The position numbers and the translations under genes were made by a program. Shown here in pieces: positions 36,186-49,800 of a stretch of 64,000 nucleotides of DNA. The first letter of the stretch is position 1. Every line of letters begins with the position of its first letter. Location of the stretch: contig CM052828.1 of NCBI GenBank assembly GCA_028534125.1, forward strand, positions 60,140,001-60,204,000, given 5' to 3'. The stretch comes from Lama glama. Taxonomy: Eukaryota. A model generated the notes under the pieces. It had not been told where the DNA came from and searched no databases. It worked only from the letters and a program-made list of their open reading frames with translations.

Positions 36186-37140
36186 GCCGTGGCTCACTTG
36201 CCCACAGCCACACGCTCTCCTCTCAGGCGGCGCTCGCTCCGCTCGGCAGCCCTCACGTCTGGGACACGTCGGTGGTGAGCGCTTTCTCCTTTGATGCCGC
36301 GCCTGGCGAGGTCCCCATGGAAGCGTCCTGACACCTCTGGGCTCGGGGCAGCCACTGGGGCAGCCACTGGGGCAGTGGCCATGGCTCCCCTCCGCTTTTG
36401 CCAAGGAAAGGGTGATTGGAGGCTGTGCTGGCCCTGACAGCCGCGCCCTCCTACCCACGACGCGGAGCTTCTCCCTGGGTGCGTTCCCTCCCTGTGGACT
36501 GTCAGGGTTTAAACACTCAGACGTCTCCCTGTCCTGGGTGCTTGCTTTACATGAACGCCTGCCGGGATGGCTGAAGGAAAGGCTCCCTGTAGAAGCGGTG
36601 CCAGCCTAGAGTCATTCAATTGCAAGGTGTGCAAGGTATTGCAGAGTTCAGGTAAATCAAGGCACGCCAACAACGAAGGCTGCCTCTGCGGCCTCCAATC
36701 TCAGGGCAGGCACAGAGACGTGGGCTGGAAGGCTGCTCCTCTCCTGCCTGCGTGTTGCGGGCTGGAAATCTGCACAGTGTCCATTTCCTGGAGGTGGACA
36801 GAGCCGCTGGCCCCGCCCCTTGGAACGCAGCCATGAGCGCAACGGTTCTCCCTGGTCTCTGTGTCCGTGGGGGTGACCATGTCCCGCACTGTCTGCGGGG
36901 GCACCCAGAGCCTGGCACGCAGGACGCCCTTGGCACGTATGTCATATTTGTGTTGGACCTGCACTGACTCCCTCCACCCCTGCTGCTCCTTGAGGACCCG
37001 CTGGGGTGGCTCGAGTTCAGAGGTCACCCCGCCACTGCCCAGAGCTGCCCAGCCCCCTTCAATCTGTCCTCCGTCCTTAGAAGTCAGAACATTCTCAGCT
37101 CAGGCTCCACTCAGCCTCCTGCACCCGAGGCCCGCAGGTT

Positions 37141-37615
37141 CTTTTGTCTTAATTATGGTAAAAAACACATAACAAACTTTACCATCTTAACCATTTTTAA
37201 GCATACACTGCAGTGTGTGAACTACATTCACACTGTTGTGCCACCGTAGCCAGGACTTTCCCCATCCTCCCAAACTGAAGCTCTGCCTCTGTTAGACCCC
37301 AGCCCCTGTGGCCACCGACTACACTCTGTCTCTGTGGACTTGACGACTCCAGGTCCCTCATCTGAGTGGAGTCACACAGGGCCAGTCCTTCTGTGACTGG
37401 CTTCTTTCACTCAACATGTTGCCTTCAAGGTCCACTGTGGTGTAGATGGGTCAGAAGTCCTTCCTTCTTAAGGCTGAATAACACCCGTCGTACGGATGGA
37501 CCACACTGTTCATCCACCCTGTGTTGGGGGACACTTGGGGTGTCCCCACTTTGGGCTGGTGTGGGTGATGTCACCATGAGCCTGGGTGCATAAGTGTCTG
37601 TTTGAGTCCCTGCCC
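37141..37615 (-). mobile_element. L1MB-like 3' end
   Basis: tttaccatcttaaccatttttaag...tacattcacactgttgtg...tgtgactggcttctttcactcaacatg...ccttccttcttaaggctgaataa. Confidence 0.8.
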
Positions 37616-40600
37616 GTGGGCTCTTGAAGCCCCTGCCCCACCCCTCTGTCTTCCAGGCTTTCTCAGGTGCTGTCCCACATGGGCGCTGCTCCACCCCCAG
37701 GCTAACTCCCACTTGCCCTTTCAAGGCTCCGTCTACAGGGACCTCCTGGACAGCTCAGTGGGTGCACCCTCCCCTGAGTTACCGTCGCGCCCTTTCACCC
37801 CCGCCCCCATCCCACCACCCGACCCTTCTTGCCCGCTTAGTCCCGCAGCTCAACTGCAAGTCACTGGAAGACTTGATTAGGTGTGAACCTTTTGTGACCC
37901 CAACAGACAGACATGCATGGACTGAATTAACGAGGAGAGAACCACACTGTGGACCATTCAGTGATGGCTAATCTTCCAGTTCACTTTAAACTTTACTTTC
38001 ACCCCATCCCTCCTCAGTGTCTGCCCCTCTTTTGTTTTCCGCCCCAACACCCACTGCACCTTTGTTCACGAGGCGCTGTTGGGGCGCTCCGTCTCCCCGA
38101 CCTTGCACCTGCACCCTGCAGACGCTGAAAGCATCACTCGGTGTCCCACGGTTGGGTGGGCGAGCCGAGGGCGCGGGGCCCCACGGGGCGGGTGGTCACT
38201 TGCCCTGGGTTGACGACGATGCTTTTGTTTGAAGAGATTCGGGCTTTTATTTTCGTACATGGAATGTGAACCCCATTCACGTGGGGAGACATTATGGCAA
38301 AATAAATAACGGAAAGCACTTTCCATTGACTTCTCAGGTCATCTGACCTGACCCCGCGTCCCGGTGGCCAGCCCTCTGGCTGACTGCTGATGCCACGCTG
38401 AGATTAGTTTCGCAGTTTCGTGCTGATATCCTTGTTTGTCAATTTCTCAGTTTTATGTTCTCGAGTTTGCCCCAGACGCACAACAAAAGCCAGTCCACCA
38501 GGGCGACAGCACCTATCTGTCACCGGCCAAGCTGCATAGCGGGAGGGGAGTGGTCACAGATCAGCGTCTTCTGAGACAACAGCCCGTCAGCCCAGTCTGG
38601 CAGAGGCAGCTCTGTGAGCAGCCCTCTGCCCGGGCCCCCATCCGGCAGTCCTGCCCAGAAGCAGTGTCCGTGGCACCAGAGTCGGAAGGATTTGCCCAAG
38701 GTCACGGGAAGCCCCACTCTGGCGGTTAACAACCGTCACGCCCATTGCCACCTCCGTCCTCCCACCGCCGACCCTCTGGCCCTGTTTTTATACCGATTTT
38801 TAAAGCAAGCAGAGTGAAGCTGCCTCTCCCGCAGTGCGTCTGTGGGTGCTGCCGAGGTTACGTGTTAAACGGCCTCCCCGGGAGCAGGTTTGCAATGAAC
38901 CTCTCAGCGACCAGCAAGTCTGTGTGTTTGTGCTGGGTAGTTATTTGTTTCGCAGAGATTAAGGAACTCTGAACTTTCAGCATGTGCTTTTTATTGTATC
39001 GAGCTGTGTTAAAAGGAGAGCTACTGCTTTTCCATTGACGGGAGCCTCCAGCTCCCAGCACTTTGAAGACGTGGAAAATGCTCGGTTATCACCCAACGTG
39101 AGGGGATCGATGGTAGTTTAGTGGCGCCTGGTAATTGGAGGGGCTGTTAGACACAAGAGCTTCTGCCTTCTTGAGTGACTCTCATCAGTCTGTGGTCCGT
39201 CATCATCTGATAATCAGACTGAAAATATGGTGGGGAATTTTCCTTTTTTTAAATCAAGCTGGTGAAAAACATTTGAAATAATGATGGGAAAAAAAACCTC
39301 CCCTCATTGTTCAGCTCAGCAGGGAGGAAAATCCAGGAGCGGGTGGCTTTCTGCTAGACAGATGGAAACCAGTAGGTGTGTGCCCCATCCAGAGGTGCAG
39401 TAGGCATCTGAGAAATTCGGGGGTCAGAGCCTGGAGTGGCCCCCGGTCTCCGCCTTCCTGCCCTGTTCCCTCCTCTGCAACCCCGGGCAGGCGTCACGGC
39501 ATGAGGAGCTGCGGTCAGAGGCCTGGCAGGCATCACTCTGGTGTTCTGACCGTGCCCTGGGGTTCCCATGAACCCTCTGCCTGGGTCTAGGAAGGCCTTC
39601 AAGAGGGGAATTCTATGACCTCGCCAGGAGGCATTCCAGTTCCACCCAAAAGCACACCCCAGCCTACTCTGCGGTTGATAGAAGTCTCTGCAAACTTCCA
39701 AGATCTGCTCTTGGTTAATCCTCCGCCCAGTCAGGAGCTCCTCAAGCCCTGCCTGCCCTCGGGAGACTGCTTCGTGGGGAGGTCGCGGCTGTGACCTGCC
39801 ACCGTCCGGGGCCCTCATACCTGGCCACGCACACCTTTCAGTCTAGAAAAGTAAGGAGGAAGCAGTAAACGGTGCAGGGCTCCTCTCCAGGCCTCCGGAA
39901 CCGAAGCCACGTCTGTGCTTTCGAGACCTGGGGGCCTGTGGGGGCTCTAGGGGCCTGTCCGTCCTGGTCGATGGACCTTGTCTGGTTCCCACCTGCCCGG
40001 CCATGTGACTCGCTGCATCTCCCGGGATACCAGGCCGAGGGTGCTGGACCCTGATGGCTTTGGCCAATGGGAGGTCTACAGCTTGATGTGTATGGATGAC
40101 TTAAACGTGCTTGTGTGGATGGCCTTGACCGCGGCAGCCCTCACCCCCTCCGCCTGGAGGAGAGCATGCCTGGGCGGCTGCCTGGCCAACGTCTCCTGCG
40201 CTTCCTGAAACTGCCCGCCGGCAAGATGGTGGGGGTCTGTGCTGCCCCTAGTGAGGACCCCACCCCTGCCCCATCATACATGTTGCCCCCACCTGGACCT
40301 GGGGAAGGTCGGCCACTTCTGCAGGTGGTCACAGGACCACCGTCTGGCTGGAACGAGACAACGGCGTGTGCTCACTCGCACTTCGGCAGGGATGACCTCT
40401 GTGCTTGCACAGGCTCCTCTCCCGAGTCCTGCCCTTCAGCCTCGCCTCACATGCCCTCGTCTCAGCCTGATCTGGTGGGAGGAGCGGGCCGGCCCCTCCA
40501 TGCGCCCTGTCCCCAGGTGTGTGTGTGCAAACTCACCCAGAGCACACACCCACGTGCACACGACTCACTCATGTGCACACCACTCACCATGTGCACCCAC

Positions 40601-40824
40601 ACTCAGCTATGTCAACAGGGGAGGGGGCGCAAGTACGGGACCCCCTTGAAGATGCTCACGGCAGAGCCTAACTCTCCTGTGACCCTCGCTGCTCACCCAC
40701 CTCTGACTCAGGCTCCCCTGGTCGCCCACGTGTGGCCTCGTGCCCTCTCAGCCTGGCCAGACGGCTGATGTACCTGAACCGTGGTCACCAGGCCCCGTGG
40801 GCCACGGGCACCACTCTGTCCCCT

Positions 40825-40925
40825 TCTGTGGAATCATCTCAGACTTTGGCCTCCAGCCATGATCGGGCACATTTCCAGCACCAGTTTGCGACAGTTTGTT
40901 ACAGCAGCCCCAGGAAGCTAACACA
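40825..40925 (+). mobile_element. MaLR LTR (MLT1) 3' end
   Basis: atctcagactttggcctccag...tttgttacagcagccccaggaagctaacaca. Confidence 0.7.
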
Positions 40926-41119
40926 GGGGCTCTCCTTCCATTTCTCAAACCTCCCTTTCCCCTCTCACCCCTTCCCCCCACCTCCGATCTTCCAGCCCAT
41001 CCCAGCCCCGACCCACCACTGGGCGTGACCTGGCCATCACTTTGTGCCTTTACCGTGCCCAGTTCCTCCCCTTCAGCTCACGTCACAGCTGTGATTCCTC
41101 ATTTGTCCGTGTGAATATG

Positions 41120-41235
41120 GTTATTTTCTGGATAGGAAGCTCCATGAAGACAAGGGTTCTGCCTACCTGGTTGGTTTATATTCCAGCACCGAGCACAGAG
41201 CCTGCCACTAGGGAGCTAGCCAGTAAATGTTGGAT
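41120..41235 (+). mobile_element. L2 3' end
   Basis: aagctccatgaagacaaggg...tatattccagcaccgagcacagagcctgccac...cagtaaatgttgg. Confidence 0.7.
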
Positions 41236-41535
41236 GGATGGGTGGCTGAGTGGATGGATGGATAGAGGGGTGGATGGATGGGTGGATGGATGGATGATGA
41301 GTGGGTGTGCAGATGGATGGATGGATATTAAGGGTGGATGGGCAGATGACATGGGGGTGGTGAGTGGATGGATGGATGGATGGACAGATAGATGATGGAT
41401 GGATGATGAGTGGGTGGGTAGATGGGTGTATGCATGTTAAGGGTGGATGGGCAGATGACATGGGGGTGGTGAGTGGATGGATGGGTGGGTGGATTGATGA
41501 ACGAACGGGTAGATGGATGGCTGAAAATGAATGAA
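41230..41535. repeat. Degenerate (TGGA)n tract with a 109-bp-offset internal duplication
   Basis: ttaagggtggatgggcagatgacatgggggtggtgagtggatggatgg occurs at 41328 and 41437. Confidence 0.9.
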
Positions 41536-41659
41536 AAAGACAGTATTCTATGACAGTCTTCTGAGTGTATCACTAAATGTAGTCCTCTCTTCCTCCGTGC
41601 TGTTCAAGCGTACCAGGTTCTCATAGGCTTTCTTGGAAACCTTGAACAAGATTCTATCC

Positions 41660-41760
41660 AACGTTTGCATACAGTTCCTTGAAGAAGCCTGTAAACTTTG
41701 TCTGTATTTTACAAATGAGGACACCTAGACTGAGCAGGATCTGCCCACAGTCATGTCGGG
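41660..41760 (-). mobile_element. MIR fragment
   Basis: tattttacaaatgaggacacctagactgagcaggatctgcccacagtca. Confidence 0.55.
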
Positions 41761-44700
41761 GCTTCTGTCTACACCCGTCACACACACAGCCACACCTGCT
41801 CCCCAGCGCCCGCCGTGGGGACGTGTTGGTGCTGAGACAGCAGTTGTGGGCTGGTCTGGGCAGTGTCTGGGGTCCTGACTGCCTGTGTCCTGCCTGGTGC
41901 TGAGGGCCTGTGGGAGGGCTTGGCTGTCTCACTGGGATGTCCTCCCAGCCTCTCTGCAGCAGGTCCACAAAGAATGAGCTTAGAGAGACTGCCTCCCTGA
42001 CTATCCTAGAATCCTCCCCGGGGTCTAGCCGAGAAGCCATGTGCCTGACTTCATCCCTCGGTAGCTAGTAATAAACAGTGACTTTATTTCTAGGGCCTGT
42101 CATGACCCACTTATGGTTTGCAAAATGCTTTGGGAACTGATCTTGATCCCCAGACCCCTGTATGTATTTTTGCATCCTCTGGTGGCATTTTTCCAGAAGT
42201 GAGCAGAAATTTATGAGAGTGTCTGCATAAAACAGAGCCTCTAGAGGACAGGAGCCAAATTAAGCAGCCACAGTGTACACACGCAGTCTTGGCAGTGGGG
42301 TCATGGACAGAAACCAACTGAAACTGATGTAATTGTGGGTTCACGGGCAGGGCTGCCACCTTCCTCCCAAAGAGTGTCCTGGCTGCACGGCCCCGAGGAA
42401 GGCAGGCATTTCCTGGGCCCCGAGATAATAACACACCTCCTCTTTGTTTGAAATGGACTAGGCACAAGAAGTGAGATTAATGATATGTCCAGTCCCAGGG
42501 TAATCACTAAAATTAGCAGAAGCAAGTTGCATAACGCAGGTGGTAGGAGCCTTTCTGCTGGTGCTTCTGAGCTGAGCTGAATGGTCGGGTAATGAATAAT
42601 GCCAGGCCTGTTAATGAGAACCAGGACGCTTAAATGGGAAGGCCGCAAGCTTCTCTGCCGATTATTATCCACCGCTCATGGATGAATGGTGTTCGGGGTG
42701 CAATCTAAGCAACTCGGGAGAGCACTCGGCCTCCCTGTTTCTCCCTCTCCCTCCTCTCTCTGCTTCTTCACTGGTCATTTTATTAAGAGTGGTCGGGGTC
42801 AGGGAGACTCAAAAAGCCACCCGCAACAGAAAACGAGAATTGGCAATGTCCCCTGGAAGAACGCCTCCGCGGCCACGTCTGGAAGGGGCGGTGACCTTGG
42901 CCCTCTCGCCCGCGGCCACGGACGCCTGGCCCAGGCACAGAATCCACCCGGCAGGCCGCGCTGGCCGGCGGTGCGGTCCCCTGGGCTTGACACCCTGGTC
43001 GGCTGCATGTTGGATCATCAGCATCAGTTCCTTGTTGCAGCGGCCAGGCGGGTCGGCCAGCGAACGAGAGAGCCCCAGGCGCGGCAAGGCAGTCGTTGCC
43101 GAACAAGTACAATTTTGCAGGAATTTAACCACCACAAAAATAACAAACTGAATTAACCAAGAACCCAGTTTTCCTGTAGCCTTGGCGAACACTCCTGACT
43201 CATCGGCCTCCTGGTGCTTCATAACACAGCCCAGGGTCGCCTTCAGGGGAGATGCTGTCGTCCCAAAGCAGCGTCTGAGACCACACTGGCAGGGCAGGTG
43301 CCTCCCCTGGGGTTTCACGGAAGGTTCCCGCTTACACCTCCCGTCCCCCCTCGTTGTCCTTCCCCCCGAACAGCCGTGCCAGAGTTGCATCTGTGGAGTG
43401 GCCTCACCCACCTTTCCTCCCCGTATCCCTGCTCTCCGGCCACAGGTGACGTAGGCGGGGCAGGTGGGGGCGGCCCAGTGTCCACAGTCCGCGGCCTGCC
43501 TGTCCTCTCACAGCCGTGACCCTGGTGCCCGCTGTCCTCCTGGCCTTTGTCTAGGGCCAGTGTGACCAGAGGTGCAAAGCTGAGGATGCACTTTGAAGTT
43601 TGCTTTATGGGATGGGAGATTTTCAAAAACTAAATTTTATTTTTGGTAATTATCTTCCAAACCTAAAGTCAATTGACAGGTTTAAATTTTCCTTTGAACG
43701 CTCTCCAGTCTTAGTAACCTCCCTGACTGGGGCCGTGCCTTCTCTCTCCTGCTTCATTTATTCCAGCATAGGTGTTCTTCACACGGAACGGTTCAAATTT
43801 CAGATGCATCCCCCCATCCTTGGCACCTTCTAATTACAACCAGCTGCACATTTCTTCCTAGCAGTGCACGAGATTTCAGTGTATCTTATAACTGATGGAA
43901 TCCTGCCTTTAATTTAAAATGTTGTCGCGTGTGTCCTGTCCCTGGACACGAAGCTGGTGCCTGCTGCCCTCCCCTGCCCTGCCCTGGGGCGTTGGCGTCA
44001 CCTTCCCAGGGCCGGGGACAGAGCAGCAGCGCAGAGCGGCAGCGGTGTGACTGCTGACGCCTACCGTCAGGACAGGTAAAGCACCGCCCTTCCTGACATG
44101 GCAGGATTCAGCGTTCTGTTGTGTGTGTGTTGTTTCGGGGTTGCTGGTGAGTGAGTAGGGTGCTTTACAGATTCCAAATCCTTTTTGGAAGATGAACAGG
44201 TTTCTTTTTTATTTTATACTCGGTTTGCTACTTTGAATGGAGCCCGGCAATCTCTGGCTTTGCTGTACTAGACGCCCACCGCCTTCCTTCCTTCATCTCT
44301 TTCCTTCCCTCCCTCCTCTCTCCTCCCGGCTCCTAGCCTGCACTGACTGCGCTGCGGCTTCTCCAGCTCCTCGCCCATGCAGCTCCCTCCTGCCCCTGTT
44401 TGGCCAGAATGAAACATGCCTTTTCCTGAGGTTTAATTTGGAAATCTGTTGGAGCTCAGCGCTGCCTCCGCTCGAAGCCAGGGCTGCCTCCGCTGATGGC
44501 CTGTTGTCTGAGGTGGACTGGCTGGCGCCCTGACCTTCTCATCTCAGCCAGTTGCCACACGAGGTTCCTGTGCTCCTGGGGCACAGGGCTCTTCCTTACA
44601 GAAGTAACCTCAGTCCCAGTTCTTCTGGGAGGTCCCTGGGAGGCCATCGTGGCCAGTATTTCTCTCAGGGAAAAATGACCACCACCTGGACCACCGGAAG

Positions 44701-46666
44701 GCCCCCGCTCCCCGCTTTGTCCTGTCGCTAAACCGCCTTCCTTACTGGGGAGAAGTGGAGGCAGGAGGAGCTAAAGCAGGAGGGTCAGCCAGACCACTGA
44801 AAGGCTTCCCGTGAGCTCGCAGCCAAGACAGCGCTCCTGGTTGACCTGCGGATGGACCACACGCCCTCTTGAGGCCCGTTTTGGCCCTGTGGACGTCGGG
44901 ATGGCACAGACCACCCTCACCCAGGGACTGGCATCGCTGCTGTTGGTCTGTCTTCAGGTCGCCTGGCTTCTCTCACAAGAGAAAAGACCCCCCCCCCCGA
45001 CATCGTTGAGAAAGGCACTCCCACTGCAGGAGGGGCAGGGCTCCTGGGACTGCGGTGTGGGTGTGGGAGGGCGGGGTGGGGGTTGGCAGGAGTCCCTCGG
45101 GTCCTTAGGTTTTCTGAAGCCATAGGTGAATTTCCCCAGAGGGACGGCTGACAGGCGGGTGCGCTGGTGTGGTCGCCCCGCAGGCCCCCGGGGCGCGCTG
45201 GCTGGCAGGGATGCTCGCACAGGCCTGCAGGGGAAGTTGGAAATCTTCCGGATTCCCACTCAGAACCACCCCCAGCGATTACAGGTCGGCCTGAAGTTGG
45301 AGCCTGCTTTCACCCGCCGGGTCGGAGGCAGTAGGGTCGGCCTCTGTGCAGCCCCACGTCACTGGGCAGCTTTCGGGTGTGAGCCCGTGGGGGGAGCCGC
45401 TGGCCTTGCCTCTCGCACGCCTTCCGGTGGAAATTGCCTGTGCTTGATCCCGACGGGGAAAACCACTTTTAGGGACGCTGGGGCCACCCTGCCTCTGGGC
45501 TTAATTTCATGCAGGTGGAATATTAGAGCTTGGGATTCACCGGGGGGAGGATCTTGTATTTTGAGACAGGAGGAAAAGTGTTCAGTTAGACAACAAGGAG
45601 ACCTGGAAGAAATCCAGCTCCTTGCAGGGCCCTCTGCTTTTCACCCCAGGAGCACGAGGCTCCCTTTCTCGTCAGAATATTCCAAATCAGAAAGCACCAG
45701 AGCGTTGCACTTCTGGACACCGCTTCCCCTGCCGGCGTTTTTCCCTCCAGAAACGGGTTAAGGATTTCGACTGTTAGCGTTTTGTTATAGGTTTTATTTC
45801 TACTGTGTCACTCAAAAAACTACTAACCATATATATTAAAAAATCTAAAGGTAGAATACATTCATTCTTAGGCAATGTTTTGTATGGTACAAATTTTTTT
45901 GGAACTGGATACTGCTGTTTTTGCTGAAGAATGCACTGTAACAGTTTTAAATAGAGTTGGCGCTAGACTTGTAAAATATCGTACAGCGTGAACATGACAG
46001 GAATCTGTCTTCATTTACGTGTTTTAGTGCAGGAGTTTCCCCTCCCCTGCTGGGCTCACCCACTCCTCGGTCCATTGCTGGCCACCTCAGGAGCTCCAGG
46101 GCTGGAACTGGGGGCGGAGCGAGTTTCCACTCTGAGTTCAGCTGCATTTCTCGTTTTTGCAAATAGATGGCACTTGTGACTCACCCAAGAACAGCCCATG
46201 AGCGCTCAGCACAGGAGACACTCACAATGGTCTCTGTGTAAGTCAGAAATGCATTTGTTACTACTCACATGGAGGTTGGAGAAGTTAAAATTCAGCCTCT
46301 CCGAAGACAGCAGTATTGCATCTCTCTAAACTGCTAAAACCTTTAACACACAACTGCCCCAGGTATGGAAATAAGCGCATTTTATGATCTGTTCCTATGA
46401 TTTTTAGTATGCATTGGTGTGTGGCGATCTTTGATCAGGAAAAGCCGAGAAAAGCGGCGTAATGAAAGTTTGATTGGAAGCAGCATTGTGTGGGGGCGGA
46501 GGATGTTTTTCGTGACTAATTTGTTGCTAGAAGCCCTTGTGAATATCTGGGTTCCCCCTTTCGCTCCCATCTGCACACACGTGTGTGCAGGCGCGCGCAC
46601 GCACACACAGGAGGCTTACAGCCCCTCACGCACACAGAGGGGAAAAAAACCCGGCTGTTGTCTTGC

Positions 46667-46806
46667 NNNNNNNNNNNNNNNNNNNNNNNNNNNNNNNNNN
46701 NNNNNNNNNNNNNNNNNNNNNNNNNNNNNNNNNNNNNNNNNNNNNNNNNNNNNNNNNNNNNNNNNNNNNNNNNNNNNNNNNNNNNNNNNNNNNNNNNNNN
46801 NNNNNN
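46667..46806. other. Assembly gap (140 N)
   Basis: Run of n characters. Confidence 1.
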
Positions 46807-49800
46807 ACCTCAGCCAAAATATGCTAATGTGTGGGGAACTGTTGCAGTTGTAAAAACAGTGGTGTTTATTATAATGAGGCAAAATAGCACTTTACCTTTA
46901 AGAGAACGGAGTGATCTTTGAATCTACGGGCATAACTACATTTAAAAAAATTAAGTTGTTGGAAATGAAAAAATGCATTAAAAACTTTCCCTATGTAAGT
47001 TTTGAAGAAACAATATGAGAACTTGTTTAAAGTGATTTTGGTTCAAATAAAACATGTTTTAGTGCTTAGTGTTTAAAGTGGCTTTACTAGGATGAGAACT
47101 AGTGAGTCCCACAGAACACGGGCAAACAGCCGTGTCATCATCATGAGTCAAACGTATAAAGACGGGGGTGACTTAACACTGGGTGTAAATTCACTTGTTC
47201 ATCTTGGAGGCTATACATGCTTCTACTAAGAGTAACCGTTGAAATTCTTTTTAAAAATAGGCTAAAACAAAAGCATGTAATTTAAAAGTTATCTGTTACT
47301 ACAAGCCCTTTTCCTCCTCGCCTGGCTCCCCGCTCCCCCTCCTGCAGTGAGAAACAAAAGCAGGAGGCAAACTGCCCCCCCTTTTCCGCTGAGTAAGCAG
47401 TGAGGACGCTGGTGTGGGGTGTGTCTGTGTCCGGGTGAGGACGGGATGCAGAGCACTTGAGTCCAACATGACTCACACCATCCACTTCTTGGTGACCTAT
47501 TCAGCACTGTGCAAGTCCCTCCTCACCAGGGCGCCCGATTTCTACCCTGCCAAGGGTGCTCCGCAACAGCGCTCTCCTCCCAGCACAGCCTTCTCCTTCC
47601 TCCCTGCTGGTGCTTCAACATGGAGTTGTGAAGTCAAACATCTGTCTGACAGTCTTGGGCAGCAGAGTATGTAGGTTTTCCCCTAGAGAACACCAGTCGT
47701 TCAGAACTGAGTTTTGAGTGAGCCATTGAGATCAAAGGTCACATGGCGGGCTCAGAGGGGGCTGGGACCCAGTTCCCAGGTGGGAGCCTGGGAAAGGGGA
47801 GACGCCTTCACAGCCACCTGAACAGCTGAGCCACGTGCAGGTTCAGAAGCTCCTGCTGCCCCGGGTCCTGTTCTACAAAGTGTGAATACTCTGTAAACCG
47901 GGTGTAGAAGCCACATGGCGTGCGGGTGTGCACATCTGCCTGCTGTTCACACCCGGGGCTCAGCACCCACTCTGGATCCCCGCCGTGACGAAGGCAGTTT
48001 CTAACCCGCGTCACTGTAGGTTCCTCTGGCAGAGGAAAAATTGTTTTGTATCTGTTTATCACAATATCCTGGATAATTTCATTCCAGAAGCAGAGGCTAG
48101 ATAATTAAGTCAAAATGGTAATTTCCGAGCGCCGAGGGATTTGGTAGTTTGGGCTTCGAGCTGTAACTTGAGAAATGCTGCAATAACAGTTAGCTTTTCA
48201 AGCCATGTATGTGAGCTCTATCGAGAGGGACCCTTGTCACTGATCAAATCTATATAAATAAACACGGCTGCTTCTGTGTGAGAGCAATGCGATTAGGTTC
48301 AAAATATGATACTGTGTACACACATTCCCAGCCATTAGGAGGTAATTTTCAGCTCTGTTCAAATTGACAGAGCATGGAGAGGTTAGCTCGCCAACAAAAC
48401 TTCCTTTTCTCTAAATCCAGTAGCTTTAATTAAGCCTGCATGACAGAACTGGCATTTCAAAATACAAAGACATTTAACTCAGACAAAAAAAATAGTTTAT
48501 TTAGCTTTGAATGGATTTTTTTGTGCTTTGAAGAGCTTTTGTTTTTTTCTAAACATTAAATTATTAATGAAAGAGCAAAAGCAATAAATCGGGGACAATA
48601 ATAACTGTTAGCATTGTGGCTGCCAGATACACACTGGAGGCAGAAGAGAGTTCCAGCACTCTTAGGGGTTCCCCTCGTGCCCTGGGAGGTACAGAGATTC
48701 AGTGAGCAAGCTTTTGTGTAAGCTTCCCACCGCAGGACGACATGGAGCAGACCCAGCCTGTGTTCAGTGCCGTGAGGGAGGACCAAATCAATAGCAGAGA
48801 TACCCGGAGTACGATGTGAATCTATTAAATAAATGTCATCCAAACACCATTATATATATTAAAAAAAACACTTAACATTGATGAAAAATCAAGGTATGTT
48901 ATTCTATTAGGGTAAGATGATTGGACTGGAAAACACACCATTCAGGCAGCCGTATTAAATAGTTTCCGAGTCTGATCACTCAGCAGGCCCCTCTCAAGCC
49001 GAAGAAAAGAAAATCCTATTTGCAGTGGCCATTAGTGTAAGGTGAGTCCTCATCGCGCCCTGAAACAGGCCGATTTGCCCAGGCTGTTAAAATTCATTAC
49101 TGTGTGGGGAAGCCAATGGCTGGTTCACACAGTCTGCTTAAAAAATAAATTACAAATCACGCGAAGGCAGGCGGTGAGGCCGTGGAGGGCCATCTGCTGT
49201 CCTCATGCGGGTGCTGTCCTCAGAGGCCCAGCCCTGCCCCGCCAGGCAGGAGGCGAGAGTCGCCTTAGAAAGAGAAGCCGGCAGGCTTGAACTGAGTCCC
49301 GTGACAGGAACACCGTGCTGGCTGAGCGCGCGGGGCCGTCCCCAGCGCGTCTGTGCCGTTCGCTTCCTGCTGTCCCTCCGTGTCAGGGAGGGAGACGGCC
49401 CGCCTCGGCCGAGGTATGCTCGGGTCTGAAAGAAGCCTGTCAGCCCGGGAGCCCTTGCTGTTGTCTCTCCCGTTTGGCTCCCCACCCTCCCCCGGCTCCC
49501 TGAGCCCCCTCCTCTCCGGCTCTCCGGCTCAGACTCAGCTCAACTGACTGCCAGGGAGCCCGCGGCCTCCCGGAGGGTGTTGCCCTCCACGCCGCCCTGC
49601 TTCCCGGGAGGTGGTCAGGGCCGTCTCTGCTCTCCGGCTGCTGCCCCTCCTTCTGGCGACATAATCTGTGTAACGTGCTCACGTTAGCTTTCACTGCTCT
49701 TCGCGTGACAACTAGGGCAGTGCATTCTTGCAACGCGGCAGACTGTTGTGGTTTCCAATTTGCCTAAAGAATTCAGAAGACCATGGTGTGAAAAGAGACA

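Noticed and set aside
44010-44075. 66-nt frame-preserving exon-like segment (cccag| ... CAG|gtaaag)
   Set aside because: Peptide not recognised and splice signals only moderate; expected by chance
46419-46921. ORFs spanning X runs
   Set aside because: Artefact of the assembly gap
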